This document shows, piece after piece, positions 1-13,611 of a stretch of DNA of 64,000 nucleotides. Within the stretch, counting starts at the first letter, position 1; each line of letters starts with the position of its first letter. The notes under the pieces were generated by a model. The model saw only the letters and a list, made by a program, of their open reading frames with translations, made no database searches and was not told the origin of the DNA. The stretch comes from Zancudomyces culisetae HAW-14-8 (lineage: Eukaryota > Fungi > Kickxellomycota): positions 5,175,358 to 5,239,357 of the forward strand of contig JBNJNM010000011.1 in NCBI GenBank assembly GCA_052426225.1, written 5' to 3'. The position numbers were made by a program, and so were the translations under genes.

Positions 1-194
1 GATAAACACAGAAAAGAATGTAAAGATGTTGCGAGGTTCCATCGCCATTCTGAGTTAACTGGGTAGTTTCCCTTTATTGCTTTATAGTTTTCATTTTTGT
101 CTGGTATCTGGAATGGTAAAATTGCCAAAACTCCCAGACATTTTTTCATTTTCATTCATTGTCAATGTGTAAATTCAAAAATTACATTTTTCAT
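1..194 (-). CDS. Possible 5' part of a gene running off the left edge
   Basis: Minus-strand ATG at 194, GTAATT donor and TTCCAG acceptor, then an open frame (IPDKNENYKAIKGNYPVNSEWRWNLATSLHSFLCL) to the window edge. No recognisable domain. Confidence 0.25.
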
Positions 195-1201
195 GGTGCC
201 TTAATTCGCTGCTGGAAATTATTTGCATGATAAATGGCAATCCTTATTTCTTTTTCATTTATGTTTATTTGACGTTTATATTGACAACCCACAGTGTTGT
301 TACTACAATATATTGTTTAAACACTATCCAAATATGGGCTTACCAAATATAAATTGCTTAGATATATCACAAACTACTTTTACATGTACTTGTGATTTTG
401 GAAAAATATCATGATTTGTGCACAATTAAAGGAGATTTTCAACCACAGTTACCCAAAAATCGCTGGCTACCAAACATCATCCGCGCTTTTCCATCTACTA
501 AAAATCATCCAGTGCTAAACTAGTTGTGCATAGAGTTAGCTGCTTATTACGAAAATATTGAAACTGAAATAAGCCACACAAAAACAATTACATGTATTGG
601 TTACCAATATCACCGCTGTTGTCCCCACCCAGCTCTGTGAAATGTCAAGTAGATCTGACATTTATCCAAGGATAACTTTTTTTCCAACGCAATTGAACTG
701 CCTTCCGTTTTGGTAAATAAAGTATATATTTGTTCAGTAATCTATTTCTTATATCTCAGTTACCTGTTCATAATGTATAGTATAGCTAACAAACATTTAC
801 ATTTGCATATCAAAAAGCCCCTCTCTCACCCCCAAAAAAAAAGTAAAATACCCTTATCGGCTATTAATTGGCCAAATACAAGAAATCTCTAATGTTTTTT
901 CTGCGAATTACTGCTTAGTGGCAGAGACATCTAAATGTTAATTGGCTATCAGACTTTAAATCCAATTGAAAATAAGAATAACGAAATCAATATTGAATTT
1001 TTTATTTTAATATTGAGCATTTACCTTGAACACAAATTCTTGAAATAAAAAAAGACTACAAAATCGTAAACAATAAAGAGTAAACTTTCCTGGCAGAGCC
1101 CCCAAAAAATAAATAAATAAACAGAGTAAACTCGAGATTAAAAGGCTAGTCTATTATCCACTGCTATACTTTGTTCACATTTTTACTACAATCATTTTGA
1201 A

Positions 1202-2339
1202 ATGAGCGTCGGTACATACGCACCCATTCTTAATAGAGGGCTTCGATATACTGAAGAGAGCATGAAGGTAGGAAAATTGTTGAAAAGAACACTTAAGGAT
1301 TGCTAAGATTGGTCGATTATTTTATCTGAGCTTGTATTCTAACACTTACCTTATAGCTCAACGGAAGATGGATTTCGATTCTTCATACGACCTGTGCATA
1401 TGGTAAGTATTAAACACGTCTATCCTACTACAAAAATTTGAAGTAACAATGTCTGCTTGACTGGAATAGCCGCATTTTTATCGGCATTGTTCATTGGTTG
1501 GAAGCTCCATTTCTTGAAAATAGTAAAAAACCAGCATTATGGCTATCCACAGGTATAACTCTGTTTATTTATATACCAACCGTTAACATTCGACAAAATA
1601 TAAACATAATTAAAAGCAAATTAAAAACCCGTATCGAAAATAAAACTAGGAATGGTTTCCAAGTGTGAGTGCATCGATTGGGGATAGGTATCCAGAAAGA
1701 AGTGTATTTCAGATTCTGATCGCACTTACTTGTCCTTTCAGACTCATGCTTTTGATATTATGGTACTATTGTACATCTCAGGGAGCTCGAGGTCACGCTA
1801 TACACACGAAAAAGCCCGTTATTCTATTTATTATAGGTTTTGTACGCACTGTAACCTGTGGAGGATGGGCTTATATAACAAGTAGCGATGATCATGATGC
1901 CCATGATGTATTTATGATATTGTACATGCTCCTAACTCTCCCCTATATGCTTATGTCCATTTCCACAGGCTCTTCGCTGACCTTGCTATCTAAAATTAGT
2001 CCAAGCACCTCATCCACTGCCACTAAATACAGAAAGATTGTGGCGAGTGCATTTTTTTTGGCCATTGTGCCTATGGTCTACTATTTTATTCAACACAAAG
2101 TTCACGCCGTCGCTGGAGGTAACAATCTTATTTTTTTAAGTGTTTATATGACAAAATCATTGAAAAGTTGAAAATACGTGCTAAAATGTTGTACATTATC
2201 TATAGCATACTCGATATACGCCCTGTTTGAATGGCTTCTTATACTGCTTGATGTCCTATTTGATCATATGTCTATTTATGAATTTGAGTTAGTAGAACTT
2301 GCTATTTCAAAGGATTTGAACATTTCTAAAAATTTATAG
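1202..2339 (+). CDS. CWH43: Frag1/DRAM/Sfk1-family membrane protein, PGAP2-like (N-terminal domain of fungal CWH43 only), 5 exons, ~265 aa
   Basis: Exons 1202-1267, 1357-1402, 1470-1552, 1650-2118 and 2206-2339 have GT-AG introns and total 798 nt in frame. The spliced protein has [55 protein letters not shown] and HKVHAVAGAYSIYALFEW, typical of the CWH43 N-terminus. Ends at TAG 2337-2339. Confidence 0.88.
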
Positions 2340-2460
2340 GATATTTTCAACCTTTATTTGGTTTTTTTTAATATAGTTAATACCTAAAAGCATAAACTTT
2401 GAATTCAGACTAATACAAATCCCAGTTATTTTAATGTACTAGCAAAACCACACAAAAAAG

Positions 2461-3442
2461 CTATATAAACCCTTGACTTGGTGAACACAGCTTTTGTTGT
2501 ATCAATAACATTTTTTTAACGAAGTACTTGTCCATAGTTTTTCTAAGGTCGATGGACTTAATTAGATCATTATTAGGTATTCCAAATAACTCGTTGGAAT
2601 GAAGCTTGAACTCAATCAAAGGTTGTAGTGTAGAATTTGCATGAAATAAAAAGGGAACATCCTTTTGCAGGGTCGGTTTGCTTATAACTGGTCTATTAGA
2701 CTCGACTGTGAGGTCCGTATTATCACATGTTTTATATATTGACTTTATGCTACTCCAGATAAAAGGATATTCTTTGAGTAGCTCCTCAATAATAGATACA
2801 CATTCTCTGTCAATTTTACTTAGTTGGGACCATCTATATTCTGTTTAAAAAAAAACGGATTAATTTCAATAAACTACATCAATCGCTTAGCTGTAAAATT
2901 ACATGCACTTGCCATATTTTCCGCATCTAACAAGCTCGTATACCTTGATTTCCTCTTTTGATAACCTTTCATTAATGCCGTGTGGTAGTATAAAGCTGAA
3001 CTTGAACACACTAGCATATATTACATAGTTAGCCATATATAGCTACGAATTAGTTATACCATCTTGCCTTACCTCGAAAACATGTTAACTTCACTATTTA
3101 CAGATGCTAAACTTGAACCACTTAGGCTTCTATAATCATCTATTGAACCTATATCATCTATAAAAAAATAGCACTGTTTAAACATTGGTTTGGCAAAAAC
3201 GATAGTTTGAAAGTATAACAACGATGACTATTATTGATCTTACCATCCAAACAACTGATTACTTCTATTTCCGAATCGCTATCATTGGCTGATATTTCGA
3301 CCTCAGGTTTTTTGGGCTTGGTTATATATGAGCCATCCTCAGACTGTACTTTACTAAAAGATCCACATTTCAATGGTTTATCCCCAATGTTTAATGCATA
3401 TGCGGGTACTTTGGTTTTAATGTACTCTGAGTTGTACGCCAT
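2461..3442 (-). CDS. Hypothetical protein, 4 exons, ~253 aa
   Basis: Exons 3442-3244, 3157-3073, 3010-2913 and 2840-2461 total 762 nt with no internal stop. Introns 1 and 2 are GT-AG; intron 3 needs a GCAAGT donor. Convergent with the PGAP2-like gene. Confidence 0.65.
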
Positions 3443-6400
3443 TTTTTTATATTAAGAATTTTAAGATGTTACATAAAGTCAAGTAAAAGAAGCAAAAAAA
3501 GCAAAAGACATCTTCAAGAGCACGCTCTAAATTAAATAACAGCATTCGATAGTTAATAGATACTTTACAGTGTACCATGTAGATAAAAAACTATAACAAT
3601 CAAACTGAACCGCATACACTTTACATCCCAGTTTTTAATTAAATAAAGCAAAAATATAAATAAAATAATAAAATTACCAAAAATAACACAGATATCATGT
3701 TCTGCTATTGTGTATTTTAGCTTAGTAATGGTATTCGCGTGTAGAATACATTATATTTTTTTTTTTGTGACTAAAATGACAATTAATTTTTATTTAATAA
3801 GAAAGGTACTATGTTTCTATATATTGGGACTGTTATCTGATAACTTTTATCTTTTCTTCATATGTGCAAACACGCTTTCCCCACAATTATTGGGAAAAGA
3901 CATGTATGTAGTTCACTACATTTGCCACAAAAATTTCTGATTAACCTCGCCAAAACTACAAAACCATATTTACTGATTTTATTATTATAGAGTATAATTA
4001 ACTTGAAATGTCAGTGGGTACTTTAACGATAAAATAAAACGTTATAAAATGCCACTCAGTAAGTTATTTTTAATGAAATTATTAATATATTGGTAGGGTT
4101 GTACAAATGAATCTCTGATGAGAGGGAACCAGAATTTGTGAAAGTGTAACTTACCCACTCATCACAGTATATGTATGAAAATGTAGTGACTGTCTAATAC
4201 TTGTTTGTGAAAAACAGAGATATTCCTAAGGAACCATTATTCTATCACCAACCATTATCAACCTTTAATATAGTTATGGTACTGTACAATACCTCAACCT
4301 GAGGACCATTCTTTTCAAGATAACTCCTTGTCTGCTATTACCTATCACAACTCGGTTAAAAGAAATTTAATATTTTATCGGTTGTTTGTATGAAATAAAC
4401 ATGTATGATCAAGTTTATGTTTTGGCATTGTTAAGAATAAAAGGTTTGAAAAATTACAAATGTCTATACACCAAGTATGCAGTTTAATCACAAACCTATT
4501 GCTTTATTTCTAGAGCTTTTATCATAGCTAAGGAACGACAAAAGTTACCAGAACTTAAGTATGACTTCACAACTTTTTATTTATAAAAGTCCACCTCTTT
4601 GTGTTTATGATACAATAGATGATTCGATTGCTAACCAAAAAACAAAATATTTATTTGGAGATTTAGAGTTGTAAATAAAAACGTTAAATTCTTAAAGATG
4701 CTTGTGGCTAAATACTATTAACATAGCCAAAAATCAGCAATTCTGAATGTAATACTTTGTAAAAAATAAAGTCATAGATGATAGTAAAGTATGAAGGTAA
4801 AAAAATATGAAATTTATCCTTTTAGTATTATTCGTTTTTTGTGGAAATGTTTTACATGGAGTAAGGTATATTTTAGTATAGTTGTCAACCTGAAAATAGC
4901 ACTGAACGCCCCACAGCATGAAATTTGCAATGGAGAAAAGAAACCAAGTTAAGGAAATCACGCACTTGAATATAAATTGCTTGGGATAAGAAACCATTGG
5001 TCATATCTAGATTTATTTTTTATGATGAATCTGTTTATTGCAAATAACCCAAGCTAAACATCTTGACTAGAATCGCATTCAATTGGGACGAAATGCTTTC
5101 AATTGCAAACATAAAAAGTTTAATGAATAACCTAAAACTATCCATAGCAATGACAATATGGAACATTTTTGCGGATGTGCAGAAATTTTATTACCAAACA
5201 ACCCCCTACATGTTTACTAATCATTTGAACACGGGATGTAATACAGTAACTCTACTATCTATGATGATAGAGTAAGCAAATAGGAACCTAGGATCCAAAT
5301 GATCCAAATAATCCAAATAATCTGATTTCGACCCAGGTTGAGCACACGTCATCAGAGTCTCAAAATGTACAAAATCAATCTCGTATTTAGTTTTCCTTAG
5401 TTTTATTTCAATTTAATAATAAACAACGAGCAAAAGAGCTTAAAGCAATGACAAATTGAGTTGGCGTCAAAGGAAATAGTTACAATCCAAAAATAGTCAT
5501 ATAACTTCCAAATAATAGCAATGTGATATTTCTATTTTTTTCGTTTTTTGTCAGTTTCAAGTTCATAAAGTAAATGATAGATTTCACAGTTAAGGAGCAG
5601 TTCTAGGCTGTGCTTTACGTATATTTATTCAAATTATCGGTAATACGCACTGCCAATATATCTAATATGAATTTTTATTCTGAAAAAATGACGTGTTTGT
5701 ATTGGAATATCCAAAGTGTTGTGAGCCGAAATTCCGTGCTCTGTTAAGAATAGTATTTTTCTTCCAATACTTAATTCGATTAATCAACTATTTTTTTAAT
5801 TTTGTCATTGGTTGGCTAAAAATAACATGTTGTTAACCTAGTCAAGTATCTAACTCAGTACAGTTGAAAATATTTTTTTAGGTGTTTAGTTTATTGAGCT
5901 TTTGGGGTCTCGCTTTGTTTAGAATTACCTTTAGAGCAGTTAACTGTTACCGGCATTCCTAGAATGTCACTTGATTTAGAGTGCAAATACAGCACATACC
6001 CACTGTTTCAGAGTTTTGAGTTTTGAAGTTTAGTTTTAGTTTTAACAGTATAGTTGATAGCATGACTAAAAGATTCTTTTACCATTATTGGGACAGTTCA
6101 AACTAAAAAAAATAAAGCCTATTGAAAAAATACTTGGTTTGGTTATTCATTTGAAAAAAATATATATCCAGATTCCAAAGAACTATTGGGTATTTTTTTA
6201 CACCTTGAACAATGATTCAGCCTCAAGTATATAAACGAATTTGTTGATTCTGGATTCTGGGTTCTGAAATATGGAAAATGGAAAATGGAAAATGGAACTA
6301 AAATTTTGAGTATAATAGGCAAGACGGCGCATATCCAAACAACAAAGAGTTTTGGGAATTTTGTTTTCCAATTTAGATAATTTTAAAATTCGCCAGTAAT

Positions 6401-6669
6401 ATTGACAGTATGGGTGATCTACTATTTTATTTGAAGAATGTGCCAATAAATCATCAAAAATTAGCTAACACGGACTTGCGTCAAAAACAAGAGGAAACAA
6501 AAAAAATCATGTCTGTTTGAATGTATGCTTTAAACAATACTAGCAAATACATAACAGGACTGTGCCTATTTATAAGAAATAGAAATGCCATTGTAAATAA
6601 TTACAAGAAAGAATAAATCATTTAATTGCGCAAATATGACATGCTAACAGTAATACGAGACAAAACACA

Positions 6670-8463
6670 ATGAAAAAGCACACATATTACGCACTAATGC
6701 TGACCAAACAGGTCATTAAAAACTGGGTAATTATAAGAATTGAACAGAATGTGATCTTCACTTTACTCCACCAACACACACAACTGGTTTTAGGACTTTT
6801 ACTGAATGGAATTATAATTATACGGGTTTTATGCTTGGTATGGTGTAATTCTGTCAAGGAAGGGTGTGATAAACACGCGTTTCTCTGTACCTTAAATATA
6901 TCATATACAGAAGCATTTGTTGCGATTTTTTTATATGTCCTAAGTAATAGGCTATTGATACGAGGAATTAAAAAGCGAATTGTCGAAAACATGCAGCGTG
7001 GAAGGGAGGGAACGGTAAAAGTTCGGAAACTCGAGGATGTGATGATGGACGATAAAGTAGCTAAAAATGTAGCATCAAGGAAAAAGGGAGGAAAAGGCTT
7101 TATTAACCTCCCAGAATATGTAGAATCCTATGAATTTAACGATGGTGTATTTACAGTGACAATTCCTACAGGAGAAAAGCTATTTGTAGTTGGTGGGAAG
7201 TTTATGAGGGAGTTTATAAGCCTTCCATCAAATATGTTTAATAAATCGAGAATATTCTTTTTCGGACTATCGCGGTACTATGCTGTATGTTTGGAGGATG
7301 AAGCAGGGAAGTATAAAAGATATGGAATGCTTTTTTCATATTTCATATCCAAGATCGATTTACCCGAATCAATAGATACATCCCAAGACGTAATCGCACG
7401 AATAATTAATTATGAAGTTAGTAAATATATAAAAAACAAAGATACTGGGGCAGCAATATTTAATGTCGAAGGAATGTTAAGGAATATAGTTTTTTATACA
7501 TTGCTGTTTCGCTTTTTTGGTGAAATAGGAATTACAAACAAAAAATTGGTACAGACAATAAAAGGCTTTGTTTCTGATCCAGCAATTTCATCAAATTATA
7601 ACTGGACCAAAGAAGCCTTCTTCAAGTACAAGTTTATTCGAGGAAATTATTTGACAAAGTATCTAGAAACAGCAGTTATGCTTCGCACAAACCATCCGAA
7701 ACACACACTACCACGTGATTTAGTACAATTTCTAGCTTCAAACAAGGAGTGGTTTGATCATAAGGATGCACATATTATTTCATATTCACTATTACTGGTT
7801 ATAAGAAGTGGTGTATACTTGTCTACGGTAAAACTACACAGTGTTCTTACGGAGTTATCGCTACGCAAAGATGTATTATTAGAGTTACGAAAGGAGCAAG
7901 AAGATATAATGTCAAAATATGGATCCGATTTAAAGTACGCACACTTGGATCAGATGATTTATCTAGATGCTTTCATTAAAGAAGTTTTTAGACTATCAGC
8001 CTCTGCAAAAAACCTACTCCGTAGAGCAACCGCCGATATTACATTATCTAATGGTGTTGTCATACCTAAAGGTGGCTACTCAACATTCAATATGCATTCG
8101 TATAATAGGATGCATTCATTATTTGGAAAGAATTCAACAGAGTTTGATTATAAGAGACATGTCCGAGCAGGTGCCTCGCTCAGCGACTGCTCTCCTTATA
8201 ATTTAGTATGGAGTGCGGGACCTAGGATCTGTGTTGCACGAGAATATGCGGTAGCAATTTCAAAAACAATTATGGCGATATTAATTCGAAACTACTCTAT
8301 TGAGAATCTGCTAAAACCACCTAAGGGATGTGAGTACACTCCACTTGATTTCAAACTTGGGTCTTTCGGCCTTTATTTAGAAAGGCTAAATGGCCAAAAA
8401 AACAAATCAAAACATAAAACTAAAGGTGTTACCAGGCAGAATAGGGTAATATTTGAAGAGTAA
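6670..8463 (+). CDS. Cytochrome P450 (divergent)
   Basis: 597-aa ORF with hydrophobic N-terminal segments, K-helix EVFR (ExxR), FDYKRH at the PERF position and heme motif WSAGPRICVA. Confidence 0.88.
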   Translation: MKKHTYYALMLTKQVIKNWVIIRIEQNVIFTLLHQHTQLVLGLLLNGIIIIRVLCLVWCNSVKEGCDKHAFLCTLNISYTEAFVAIFLYVLSNRLLIRGIKKRIVENMQRGREGTVKVRKLEDVMMDDKVAKNVASRKKGGKGFINLPEYVESYEFNDGVFTVTIPTGEKLFVVGGKFMREFISLPSNMFNKSRIFFFGLSRYYAVCLEDEAGKYKRYGMLFSYFISKIDLPESIDTSQDVIARIINYEVSKYIKNKDTGAAIFNVEGMLRNIVFYTLLFRFFGEIGITNKKLVQTIKGFVSDPAISSNYNWTKEAFFKYKFIRGNYLTKYLETAVMLRTNHPKHTLPRDLVQFLASNKEWFDHKDAHIISYSLLLVIRSGVYLSTVKLHSVLTELSLRKDVLLELRKEQEDIMSKYGSDLKYAHLDQMIYLDAFIKEVFRLSASAKNLLRRATADITLSNGVVIPKGGYSTFNMHSYNRMHSLFGKNSTEFDYKRHVRAGASLSDCSPYNLVWSAGPRICVAREYAVAISKTIMAILIRNYSIENLLKPPKGCEYTPLDFKLGSFGLYLERLNGQKNKSKHKTKGVTRQNRVIFEE

Positions 8464-8642
8464 ACTTACAATCTTCAAAAAAAATAGAACCTAGAAAAGA
8501 TAAATGTCTAGGGAAGTTGGTATTGTCGCTGCCTGTATAGACAAAATTTTGTATAAAATATGTTTAGCAGCTAATAGTCCGGATTGATTATCACTTTTAA
8601 GATGGGTTATTTATCACTAGGTATTAAATTATCCAAGATTTT

Positions 8643-9340
8643 TCAATAGTTTTCTACAATGGTTTGGGATCCCCGCTCGCTGGCCAGGATCGGAAGAATT
8701 TGAGCCAACAGCTCCCGCTTTGGAATACCCAGCAGCGAACAAGCCCAAGAGTGTAGGCCTGACTGTGACAGTCCAGATTGTTGAGAGGTGGTGTTCATGG
8801 ACCCAGAAGATATGGGAAGTGTTCCAGTGCTATTTTCTTTACAGGTTGGTGGTGAATTGGTAGAGTTGGAATTTGTAGGGCTTGTAACAGTTGAGTAAGA
8901 TGATGACGCTAACAACCCTTTCGTATTTGGTGGGACTAATAACTCACTACACAAGGCTAAAATTCGTTCGGCGGAACCATTCGTAGCAAGCCAACGCGCA
9001 TAGAGGTTTAACCAGTACACCATTTCTTCAGGACAACCGAATGCCTTGCTATTTAGGTACTGTGATTCTACATGGCTTAGGGTTAACTCATCAGTGGTTT
9101 TCCTATCTAAAGTGGATTCGTCCTCAATAGTCGTATTCAAAGTATGTGAATGGTTCATAGGCTAGCTAGTTGGTATGCCGAAAATAGGCTGTTTGGGCGT
9201 GAGTGAAAGAATGATATTTTAGAATTGAGATGCTTTTTGGGATCGAAAAATTTGAGCCAGCTGTTGTATCCAAAATTATAAGTGTACACATTTACATTTG
9301 AAAAAACCAATAAAAAGCGTTCTATTCGGTAAATTTAACC
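8643..9340 (-). pseudogene. HIR1: HIRA/Hir1 histone chaperone C-terminal fragment
   Basis: ORF 8643-9158 has TLSHVESQ...YWLNLYARWLATNG..RILALCSELL...LLGIPKRELLAQILPIL, a Hira C-domain pattern. A frameshifted upstream piece reads LFIGFSNVNVYTYNFGYNSWLKFFDP. No WD40 N-terminus nearby. Confidence 0.7.
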
Positions 9341-10980
9341 ACCAGCGTCGTATCCCTTGGCAGCTAGCACAATTGACTGTTTCAGTACAACAACCATTGG
9401 CTAGCAAGAATAAAGGGTGGTTTTGCATATACTTGAAATATGCCACTATCACTCGGATTTTCGAATGAGAAGAATGTTTTTCTTTTTTCAGTTTAGGAAC
9501 ATGACCTGGAAGAATTATAAGGATTACATATTCTTTTTCTTTCCGACATTTTGAAAAAATAAGTGAACGGGCGTAAAGATCATTTTCACTTTATCAGAAA
9601 CCTCGAGTCAACGCCTGGTGAGTATGGCGCCTCTAGGGGGGTTGAGGGGAATTGATAGAGCAAATGTTGTGTATAATCAATTTTTAGGTTTTTTGAATAT
9701 TTAAATGTTAAGAAAGAAAGAATAAAGAGAATTGGCCCATTTAAAAGGAATCGATTCCAACTGAGGTGGACTCATCGTGTATGCAACGAAGTGCGATAAT
9801 ATGTCGAATATTCAAAAAAAGTTACACCGCTTTCCATCATCAACATCTACAATTCGATACTGAAGCAGTTTTTCAAATACAAACATGACATTCCAAGTAC
9901 TATCGTAATTAAAAAAAGACATATGAGTTTATAACACATACAGTTAGTGATTGTATCAAAACAAGGGGGATGGGATACTCTGCATCCATATCTGGTGATT
10001 TAAAAGTTATTTTGGTACCAATTTGATCATCACACCTATCCTCCGTGCCATAAACTCCAAATTGATCAATAAAATTTTAGAAGCAACTATCTTTACCAAA
10101 TTTGTCAAAAACAACAAAAATCTGGCGCTACTTCCGCAAAGCTATCACAAGTGTACATTACTTGCATTTCTTGCATATTTTTTTGGCTAAGCGTGCTTAA
10201 ATTTTCATACTAACTCTTCAAGGCTCGTGAATGCTATTGGTAAATAATAGAAAGTTTTATAATCCAACAGGATAACGAATTAAAATAGAATGTGATATAA
10301 ACGAAAAGATAAGGGCACTGTTTTGATATTATTTTTATTAAAAATGCGTCAGTATCAGTTTAAAGCATTAATGTTTGCGATAATATCAATGCCTGTAGTT
10401 TAAAAATGTGTTATCCTGTTCTAAGCATAAAGTCCCACTAAAAGAGTAACATAGGAGCTTAGAGTTTCTGTAGAGTTTAAATTATGATCTGCACCCACAA
10501 GTTTAGATAAGAAAAATAAGAAAGTAAACGAATTTTACAGCTGATACTAGACGCTTGCTGTACAAACACAAAGACATTAACTACTGTAATTAGTCTCAGG
10601 TCATAGGATTTGTTAAAGAAATCTACAATGTTTCAAGTGGTCATCATTACGGGCAAAGCTACTTAAAAGTTGTATTGCTGAAATCGAAGAACATTTATCA
10701 GTTTTTAGTGTCTCTTTCTTTTTATGAGTATTACTCTTACTTTTTACTTTATCGGCTGAGAAATGTAACTTGAGCGTACAAAAAACGTAATATTAAATGG
10801 GAATAGATTAAATCAAAAATTGCGTTTTCCATAGCTTTTTGGGATATATTTTGGTTTATCCAGTCTAGTGTCAGTACAATATTATCTATTCTTGAGCTAT
10901 TTTACCAGTAGTGTTTATCATATCTGAATAAATAATTAACTATTATAATTTAAATTCAAAATATTTAAAAAACCACTTGT

Positions 10981-11400
10981 GTAATATTTATAATTGAATA
11001 AAATCAATACTTTTATTATTATGCGAACATCCAAATACAATTATGTGTATCAATCTTTATTATAGATCAAAGATCGTTTATTAGTTACTCTCTTTTTAAC
11101 TAATAGTTTATTCTATAGCAATATAAAAAAATTAAACCAATATTGAAAATTTAAACTTAGAGCTTTTACACTAAATGATGTATACAACCAAAGATATCTG
11201 TATGATAATTTATAAATTAAATAACCTAGCTAAATAGAGGAAATTTGAACTTTAACCGATATCACCTGGTTCTCTGTTGTCTCATTACTATTACTTGAGC
11301 TAGGTATAGGTGGGGATCGAGTGGGTCATAGTTCTAGCTGATCAATCAATCATAAATAAGCTTACATTTCATCAAACTAAACATATTATTGTACTAATAA
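10981..11400 (-). mobile_element. Decayed right end of a DIRS-like element
   Basis: 10981-11050 resembles 35758-35826, and 11295-11390 (TTGAGCTAGGT...GTGGGTCATA...AACTAAACATATTATT) resembles 36088-36185 of the DIRS copy, at similar spacing. Confidence 0.5.
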
Positions 11401-13611
11401 TGATTGAGTACTATTTCAAGTTAATAAATTCTGAATTCAATAACTTTGTATGTATATACTCAAACCCAACCAAGCAAATGAACCAAAAAATCTACCATGG
11501 CGTATAGGATGATAGGGAACACAATGTATAGCGCTAAATTTGTTGAAAGTGGGCACTATTGGTACTCCGAGTCGATTCAATGTAGCCAAGAATTGACCCA
11601 GCGTCAAGACAGGAGCGGGTTTGGTTGGTGCTGAGGAAATTGTAGATGTAAATCCGTCTCTTGTCAGAACGCCTGGGATTGTCAATTCAAGAACTGTAGT
11701 TAGGTTTATTTTGTGACAGCTACTTTAAATTTTGAGATTTAGGTACCAAGAATAGGCAAATTATCGACTATAAAGTCAGGGATGATTATGTTTGATCAGC
11801 GGGTTGTTTGTGGAATAGCCTTGATGCTTCTCGTTTGTAGGGGTTATTAAATGATATGGTTTTCTTTTTTTTTAGATCATTTAGCTAATACTCAAGTGTT
11901 TATGAATGCAAAGTATAAATGGCTGTTAATTGTGTTTATCTTCATTACACATTAGTTTTTCTTAATTATTTCTAGAATGAAATACCGAATGGGTTTTTAT
12001 AATCTGTTTTATTTTTTCTGAGTTTGTTTCTTTTCATCTCATTAATATCTGCTTATATAGAGCACCCCAAACTATTAGCTATTAAATAAACGCTTTGAGT
12101 TTTTTAAAGAGTTGTTTTTACAAGTTTTATACTTTTTAGGTATATATCTACACAAAACTGATGAATAGAGTACATATACCACCATACCTTGTTTATTTAA
12201 TTCAATAAACTAGACTTTTTTAATTTGATTAGAATAGATTTAGTTTGACACCAAGTTCTAAAATTTCGATAATAAGTGCCAGTGCTCGCCAAATTCTTTA
12301 TCAATTTTTTGCATTATGCTGTATACATCATGCTATCTAGTTCTTAACATTTGCCTGTTCTTATTTCAATATTTACACAGAACATTGAACATTATTATGT
12401 TAATATTATTAGAAATCCGTATTTACTTGGATTAGTTTTCATCAAATTTCATATCAACAGGGAATGGAATGAAAATTATGGTTAATTCAACTGATGGATT
12501 GCACTATTTATACTTTGAATAATATTAATGTACATGTGATTAATTCTCAGATTAAATTACGTATAATGAAAAAAGAAAAAGTATCATATTGTTGCTGGTG
12601 CTGGTTTTACAAGGATTTGCAATTTAAATGGGACTCAGCACTCAAGTGTCTATAAAATTAACTGGTGATAAAGTCCATACCTGGTATTTATATTGAAATG
12701 TTTGTTCAATGTAGTTTACTCTGTACGAGTAATTATTTCATCTACTAACGAGACGTTTGGAAAGGGTGTTGTGAGGATTAGAAAGCATAAAAAGTTGAGA
12801 ATATTACAAAGTTATTCACTTTAATTTCTAGGTTTGATGTAATTCTTTGGTTTCACATCGGATTGTATATTATGTATGAGTACCTGACTAGTCTCTATAA
12901 TGATATATTATTTTTAACTTGCTAATACTTTTTGAAACAATAATAATTAGCCAACTTAATTTTAGTAATTTTTTTTTGCTTAGCTTATCAGGTTGCCCTA
13001 TGTAATTTTGTGCGCTGATGCATCTCTGACTCTGATGAAAGTTGAGTTTTGGTTTACATACTAAAAATAACTAGAGCAATAATAATTGTTCTGTTAATGC
13101 TTTCTATAACCTGGAACGAGTTACAATGTGTGATGGGGTTATGATTTACAACAGTTTTATTTGTTTCTGTGATACTTTCAATCGGAATATGGTGGGTACA
13201 AAGTTTATAGAGTGGTATAAAAGTGATATTCAGATAGATATTAAGTAGGGTTGTCTTTTTGTAGTGTTTATTTGATAACTCGATAGTGAATTATATCAGT
13301 AGTGCTTTTGTTTTTAATATTTTGAAAAATCGTTTTACTTCAATTTTTCCGAGCTAAAATCTGTAAATATTTTACAAAATATACTTTAATAGCGAATTTA
13401 AAACAACAATTGCCTACTGCTCATCGATCAGTAGTACTCAGCATCGTATGAAGATGTTTGGGATCTAAGTTTCAAATATGTAATTAATCCATAATATTAA
13501 TACCGTATAATAAAATTTATCTTAACCAAAAGTACTACCTTCATATGCTATAAAATTAAATACATAATATCCGCTACTTGTTATTAAAACAAACATGACA
13601 ACATTCACTAA

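Noticed and set aside
3710-6446. Short AT-rich ORFs here and in other intergenic gaps
   Set aside because: F/I/L/K-rich random composition, many with non-ATG starts, and no motifs.
11437-11685. 82-aa ORF
   Set aside because: Non-ATG start, no recognisable domain, and adjacent to a DIRS relic.
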